Made by a program: the position numbers and the translations under genes. From an uncultured Lachnospiraceae bacterium (GTDB taxonomy: Bacteria > Bacillota > Clostridia > Christensenellales > UBA1242), in the NCBI GenBank assembly GCA_964437615.1, contig CAYTHL010000017.1:1-9984 (forward strand): 9,984 nucleotides of DNA, in the 5' to 3' direction. The notes under the pieces are model-generated. The model was given only the letters and a program-made list of their open reading frames with translations. It was not told the origin of the DNA and searched no databases. Below are positions 6,545 through 9,984 of the stretch, one piece after another. Each line of letters begins with the position of its first letter. The stretch's first letter is position 1.

Positions 6545-7276
6545 ATGCCCCCAGAATTATACGGCTGGCAGCATCTAACATATTTGGCAATTTACGCCAT
6601 AGTATTAGTTGCAACTATTGTGCTAACCCACTATTTTATAAAAACAGAAAAAGCCAAAACCATACTTATTAAAAGCGTGGCGGGGCTGCTACTGGTACTT
6701 ATCCTTATAAACCGCATTTCGGTTGCAGTAAGATACCAGAGCGCACTAAGTTTTATTCCAAACACCTATTGCGGAGTTACAAGTTTAGTGCTATCTATTG
6801 CAGTGCTTGTCTGCAAACCAAACAGCAAGGCCTACGACTTTTTGTGGTATATGGGCTTTGTTGGCGGCATTGCCACCTTGTTTTACCCAGACTTTTTAAG
6901 TCAAGATGTATCATTTTTCTATTTGCCAACAATATCGGGGCTATTGCACCACTCGGTGCTGCTGATACTTTGCATACTTATGCTACAAACCAAGTGGTTT
7001 ACGCCGCAACTTAAAAACTGGAAGTATTTTCCTATCGGCATGGCCTGCTACACTTTGTACGGACTATTTATTATAGATGTCTGCGGCTGGGAAAACGCCA
7101 TGAGCATAAACGACGGCATTATAGAAGGCACACCGCTAAATTGGTGGTTTATAACAATAGTTGGCACAGTGCTAGTAGTTGCATTTTTGCTAATTGTTGA
7201 ATATTTCCGCAAGCAAAAAGCAAAAAAATCGGCGCCAAAAACTGCCGACCAAAATGAAGTGAATCCCAAAAGTTAG
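6545..7276 (+). CDS. Polytopic membrane protein, tentatively TIGR02206/YwaF-like family (243 aa)
   Basis: I chose the ATG at 6545 because of the AAGGAG RBS and the promoter at 6485-6514, which lies inside the longer TTG-initiated ORF 6410-7276. There are about seven hydrophobic segments. 'GWQHLTYLAIY', 'IPNTYCGVTSL' and 'ISGLLHHSVLL' resemble the TIGR02206 family as I recall it, so the family call is tentative. The tail is Lys-rich. Stop is TAG. Confidence 0.5.
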   Translation: MPPELYGWQHLTYLAIYAIVLVATIVLTHYFIKTEKAKTILIKSVAGLLLVLILINRISVAVRYQSALSFIPNTYCGVTSLVLSIAVLVCKPNSKAYDFLWYMGFVGGIATLFYPDFLSQDVSFFYLPTISGLLHHSVLLILCILMLQTKWFTPQLKNWKYFPIGMACYTLYGLFIIDVCGWENAMSINDGIIEGTPLNWWFITIVGTVLVVAFLLIVEYFRKQKAKKSAPKTADQNEVNPKS

Positions 7277-7322
7277 ACAACCTTAATAGGTTTACTTTAA
7301 AATACAGTATAATTAATTTTGT

Positions 7323-7991
7323 TTAATTATTTATCTCTTCTGCTGCATGTTCTTGTGCGGCAGATTTCTTTTTGTGCAAAATATGAGAAATTATTTTGTA
7401 CAAAATAGCTAGCACCACCAGCGCTAAAAATATGTACAAAATTATCATGGTTGCACTTGGAAATATTAGGCAAATTGTAACCATAATAAGCCCGCAAACC
7501 ACATTGCCAAGCATTACAGAAATACATGTTTGCCAAAAGTTTAGCCCCATAAGTACGGCAAAGCAAGTGCCTGTCCACACACCTGTTAGCGGCACCGGAA
7601 ATGCCACAAACACAAAGGCTAAAAGCATTTTTATAAACACTTTTTTGCCGCCGGTGCTATTTAAGGAGTCCTCCTCTACTTTTGCCGACTTTTCTTTTAT
7701 GCTGCCAGTAAAAAAGTTTACAATTGGCTTAAAAAATTTTTTATCTTTAAGCGCGTTATATATGGGCATAAAAATAAGCGCCAAAATTGGCACAATAATA
7801 ATGCCGCCAAGTAGGCTGTAGCCAAACGCTTGCCACGCATTTAGGGCAAATTTGCCCCAAAGTTGTTCGCTGATTGCAAAAGGAATAGCTCCTTTAAGCT
7901 CTATAAGCGGAATAATTGCAATCAAAATGGTTGCAAGGATAACATTATCCCCAAACACTGTACTAAAAAAGTTAGAAATTGCCTCTATCAT
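7323..7991 (-). CDS. PF06695/COG2426 'putative small multidrug export protein' family membrane protein (222 aa)
   Basis: 'IIPLIELKGAIPFA' near the N-terminus and 'FPVPLTGVWTGTCFAVLMGL' match the family signature (P-x-x-E-L-[RK]-G-x-I-P ... P-L-[PT]-G-x-W-T-G), recalled from memory. It has several hydrophobic segments and a charged central loop. Stop is TAA. There is no SD. Confidence 0.65.
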   Translation of the reverse strand: MIEAISNFFSTVFGDNVILATILIAIIPLIELKGAIPFAISEQLWGKFALNAWQAFGYSLLGGIIIVPILALIFMPIYNALKDKKFFKPIVNFFTGSIKEKSAKVEEDSLNSTGGKKVFIKMLLAFVFVAFPVPLTGVWTGTCFAVLMGLNFWQTCISVMLGNVVCGLIMVTICLIFPSATMIILYIFLALVVLAILYKIISHILHKKKSAAQEHAAEEINN

Positions 7992-8001
7992 AGTTATATA
8001 A

Positions 8002-8030
8002 ATTATACAACACTAAAATTTTTAAAGCAA
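8002..8030 (-). promoter_or_regulatory. Weak sigma70-type promoter candidate: TTGCTT-17 nt-TATAAT
   Basis: On the minus strand the -35 TTGCTT is at 8030-8025, the spacer is 17 nt, and the -10 TATAAT is at 8007-8002, 10 nt upstream of ATG 7991. It sits in the 44-nt gap after the Wzy-like gene. Co-transcription with that gene cannot be excluded. Confidence 0.35.
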
Positions 8031-8035
8031 ACAAA

Positions 8036-9292
8036 TTAATATACAAAAAATATTAAATCTTCTACCAAGCAAAGTAAGGCAATTACAGCAACTACAAGCC
8101 ATTTAGCAGGGCTTAGTTTGTTTGCTTTGTTTTTATTAAATTCTTTAATCATGGCGGCAATAACTAACGCAAGCAATATTGTTCCAACAAAGCCTAGTTC
8201 GTAAATCATAGATATGTACGAACAATGCACGCTAGAACTTGCCATTCTAACCGCGCCAAGGCTGTCGCCAAATACAATAACTAGCGGATTGTTGCCCATA
8301 TAAGTTAAGTAAGACACCCACAAATTAAATCTGCCAGTAGATATAATATTTAAAAACCCGTCTAAAGTAGTAGCATTGCTTAGCCCACCAACAAATCTGT
8401 TTAAAAATGCTGACGCAAAAGCAATGTTGCAAAGCATTATAATTGCAGCAACACATACTAAAATAGATGTAATACACAATGTCTTTACAAAATGCTTTGC
8501 TAAACACTTAAAGAATAAAACTATAAGTATCAAACAAAGAAGTATAAAATAAGTTTTAGATACGGTAAGCAATCCCAGTACAGCAATGACGGTAAAAATA
8601 ACTAAGTCTATTTTTTTAAACCTGCCACTAAGCAAACAGTAGGCCATTATTGTAATAATAAAGTCGCAAAACATTGCAAGCACATTTGGTTGCATTAATA
8701 GCGCTTGAAACCTTGCCGAGCCGTTGGGCATTATCCAAAGCGATTGAGTTGATTGCAAATATGGAGAGACCCAATAAAATAGCCCCATTAAACAAGATAA
8801 AATAAGGCTAATAGCCAAAATTCTTACATTTTTTGGCAAGTTTATAGCATTTGGGCGCTTTATAAATATATTTAAAACTGCAAATAGCGCAATAAAAACT
8901 GCAATTTTTACAAATCTTTGAATGTTATATTTTCCAAAAGGCATTAAGCAATATAAAACAAATAATATAATTGCCCCTAGTAGTAACCAGCTTGGTTTAG
9001 CATGCTCTTTAAAATACAAAATGATATAAAATTTAATTATATACGCAATAACAGCCGCCGCATATATGCTAACACCTACCGGAATATTTAGTGCCGCATA
9101 CGGCGTGCAAAATATTAAATATGTAAAGCCGTTGCTATAATTATCTACCAGTACCATTATAAGAAGAAGCCCAAATGCTACCCATGTAAATTCTCCTATA
9201 AAGCAACTAGGTATAAAAATTAGTGTTAATATTAAACAATTAATAAAAATTCTATTTTTAAAATATTTCTCTTTAACTGTTGCAGCTTCCAT
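8036..9292 (-). CDS. O-antigen ligase/polymerase family (Wzy_C-type) polytopic membrane protein (418 aa)
   Basis: Very hydrophobic, with at least 10 segments. The C-proximal block 'GRFNLWVSYLTYMGNNPLVIVFGDSLG...SSSVHCSYISMIYELGFVG' fits the Wzy_C/O-antigen-ligase pattern (R-x3-W ... G-x-G-x-G ... H-x-S/N-Y-L/I-x3-E-L-G-x-x-G). It is adjacent to a pyruvyl transferase gene. GC is low. Stop is TAA. An in-frame stop lies 2 codons upstream of the ATG. Confidence 0.7.
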   Translation of the reverse strand: MEAATVKEKYFKNRIFINCLILTLIFIPSCFIGEFTWVAFGLLLIMVLVDNYSNGFTYLIFCTPYAALNIPVGVSIYAAAVIAYIIKFYIILYFKEHAKPSWLLLGAIILFVLYCLMPFGKYNIQRFVKIAVFIALFAVLNIFIKRPNAINLPKNVRILAISLILSCLMGLFYWVSPYLQSTQSLWIMPNGSARFQALLMQPNVLAMFCDFIITIMAYCLLSGRFKKIDLVIFTVIAVLGLLTVSKTYFILLCLILIVLFFKCLAKHFVKTLCITSILVCVAAIIMLCNIAFASAFLNRFVGGLSNATTLDGFLNIISTGRFNLWVSYLTYMGNNPLVIVFGDSLGAVRMASSSVHCSYISMIYELGFVGTILLALVIAAMIKEFNKNKANKLSPAKWLVVAVIALLCLVEDLIFFVY

Positions 9293-9363
9293 TATCTATT
9301 TGCTCAGCAATTACTTGCGGCCAGCCTCCCTAAAACAACTAAAATTACCTTACTTTTTAGGGT

Positions 9364-9392
9364 ATAATATCATACAATTGCATAAAAATCAA
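9364..9392 (-). promoter_or_regulatory. Extended -10 sigma70-type promoter candidate for the Wzy-like gene: TTGATT-17 nt-(TGa)TATTAT
   Basis: On the minus strand the -35 TTGATT is at 9392-9387 and the spacer is 17 nt, ending in TGA (9372-9370). The -10 TATTAT is at 9369-9364. The predicted leader is about 65 nt. Confidence 0.45.
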
Positions 9393-9464
9393 TACCTTTT
9401 GCAAAAAATGTCCCAAAAATAAACATCTAGCTAAAAAATCTAGTAAATAATTGCAAAAATTGCA

Positions 9465-9984
9465 TTATTTAATACTATTAGTTAGTTGTTTAGTTATCCA
9501 ATTTTTAGAAAACTCAATGTATGCTTTTAAATTTTTATCTACATAATTATAATCTATTTTAGGTTGACAAATAAATTTTTCATCTTTATTAAAATATCTA
9601 TTTGTCAAATTTAATATAGATAAAATGTCGTTTAGCTTTATTCCCTTAGCTCTTGAAAATACATAAAATTCCTTTTTAAAAATTATAGAAAAGCAAATTG
9701 CATGAAAAGAGTTAGTAAAAATACAATCTGCATAATAAATGGCAGATAGAAAATCTTCTATGCCAGCATCTAAATTGCAGTTTCTAAATATGTTTCTTTT
9801 AAAGTTACTGTTAAATTCTACAAGTTTTAGTCTATGCTGCTTTGCATACTTTTTAGCGGCTACTATTACATCATTGTTGTAATCTACTGGCAGATATAAT
9901 AAAATATATCTTCTTTTAGTTTTTGGCTTAGTATTAATTAATTTTAAATAATCTTCTTTATCCAAAAGAAAAACGGGGTCGAGA
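9465..9984 (-). CDS. Polysaccharide pyruvyl transferase family protein, C-terminal part (N-terminus lies beyond the right window edge)
   Basis: 'YYADCIFTNSFHAICFSIIFKKEFYVF' is the characteristic C-terminal block of PF04230 pyruvyl transferases. The reading frame stays open to the window edge: codons upstream of the TTG at 9965 read 'LDPVFL', giving 'LDPVFLLDKEDY'. The TTG in the ORF track is therefore not the true start. Stop is TAA at 9465-9467. Confidence 0.7.
   Translation of the reverse strand, partial: LDPVFLLDKEDYLKLINTKPKTKRRYILLYLPVDYNNDVIVAAKKYAKQHRLKLVEFNSNFKRNIFRNCNLDAGIEDFLSAIYYADCIFTNSFHAICFSIIFKKEFYVFSRAKGIKLNDILSILNLTNRYFNKDEKFICQPKIDYNYVDKNLKAYIEFSKNWITKQLTNSIK

Noticed and set aside
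7277-7322. I looked for a shared intrinsic terminator in the 46-nt gap between the convergent genes ending at 7276 and 7323
   Set aside because: Only a 3-bp CCT/AGG hairpin and all-A/T pairings are available, so there is no credible stem plus T-tract. Termination may be Rho-dependent, or the 3' UTRs may overlap. Nothing can be called.
5642-8507. Short ORFs overlapping the membrane-protein genes (5642-5830, 5742-5984, 6769-7014, 7048-7269, 7327-7578, 7396-7821, 8325-8507)
   Set aside because: They lie in alternative frames or antisense to better-supported CDSs in AT-rich DNA, where stop-free runs of 60-140 codons arise easily. No motifs or RBSs.
9363-9368. Consensus TATAAT on the plus strand in the 9293-9464 intergenic region
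   Set aside because: There is no acceptable -35 at 16-18 nt upstream and no plus-strand gene downstream. It is the mirror image of the AT-rich minus-strand -10 region.
146-9406. Recurrent A/T-run-GC palindromes as a possible shared operator motif. In or next to promoter regions: TTTTTGCAAAAA (5518-5529, in a promoter spacer), TTTTGCAAAA (9397-9406, just upstream of a -35), and the near-palindrome GCAAAAATTTGC (5357-5368, in a promoter spacer)
   Set aside because: The same kind of palindrome occurs inside the mfd coding sequence: TTTTTGCAAAAA at 628-639, GCAAAATTTTGC at 146-157, and TTTTTTGTACAAAAAA at 3292-3307. TTTTGC/GCAAAA is simply a very abundant hexamer here (Ala-Lys codon pairs and AT-rich spacers), so these are best explained by oligonucleotide bias. 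Genome-wide motif enrichment in intergenic versus coding DNA would be needed to revive the idea.
1-9984. None of the 8 visible stop codons is TGA (4 TAG, 4 TAA), raising the possibility of a TGA-recoding genetic code
   Set aside because: All conserved genes (mfd, pth) read through intact under the standard code with no in-frame TGA, and Trp is encoded by TGG. Eight stops is too small a sample. There is no positive evidence for reassignment.
1-9984. Scan for tRNA/rRNA genes, CRISPR repeat-spacer arrays, IS elements, integrase or recombinase genes, toxin-antitoxin pairs and defence-system-like genes
   Set aside because: None was found. The longest non-coding stretches (5342-5549, 6216-6544, 9293-9464) contain only promoter and terminator-like signals. 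No direct repeats of CRISPR size or regularity were seen, and no ORF has nuclease, ATPase, recombinase or toxin motifs apart from Mfd.

Overview
Bacterial chromosomal window; the gene order looks Firmicutes/Clostridia-like, which is an inference. The minus strand from 88 to 5341 carries a compact housekeeping operon: a divergent GlmU-like gene, pth and a full-length mfd. A near-consensus sigma70-type promoter lies in front of it at 5348-5376. Positions 5550-7991 hold three small integral-membrane protein genes from poorly understood families, each with its own promoter-like signals: CrtO-family acyltransferase-like, TIGR02206/YwaF-like, and PF06695 'small multidrug export'-like. From about 8000 to the right edge the DNA is clearly more AT-rich. 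It encodes the edge of a surface-glycan locus: a Wzy/O-antigen-ligase-family membrane protein and a polysaccharide pyruvyl transferase whose N-terminus is cut by the window edge. I saw no rRNA, tRNA, CRISPR array, transposase/integrase or long repeat. I could not find a convincing multi-gene novel system. The most unusual items are: (i) the gene at the glmU position lacks the canonical GlmU signature loops; (ii) promoter geometry implies leaderless mRNAs, and Shine-Dalgarno sites are scarce overall; (iii) there is a compositional break at the glycan genes; (iv) the three membrane-protein genes are orphans between the housekeeping operon and the glycan genes. All family assignments come from motif recognition by eye or from memory, not from database searches.
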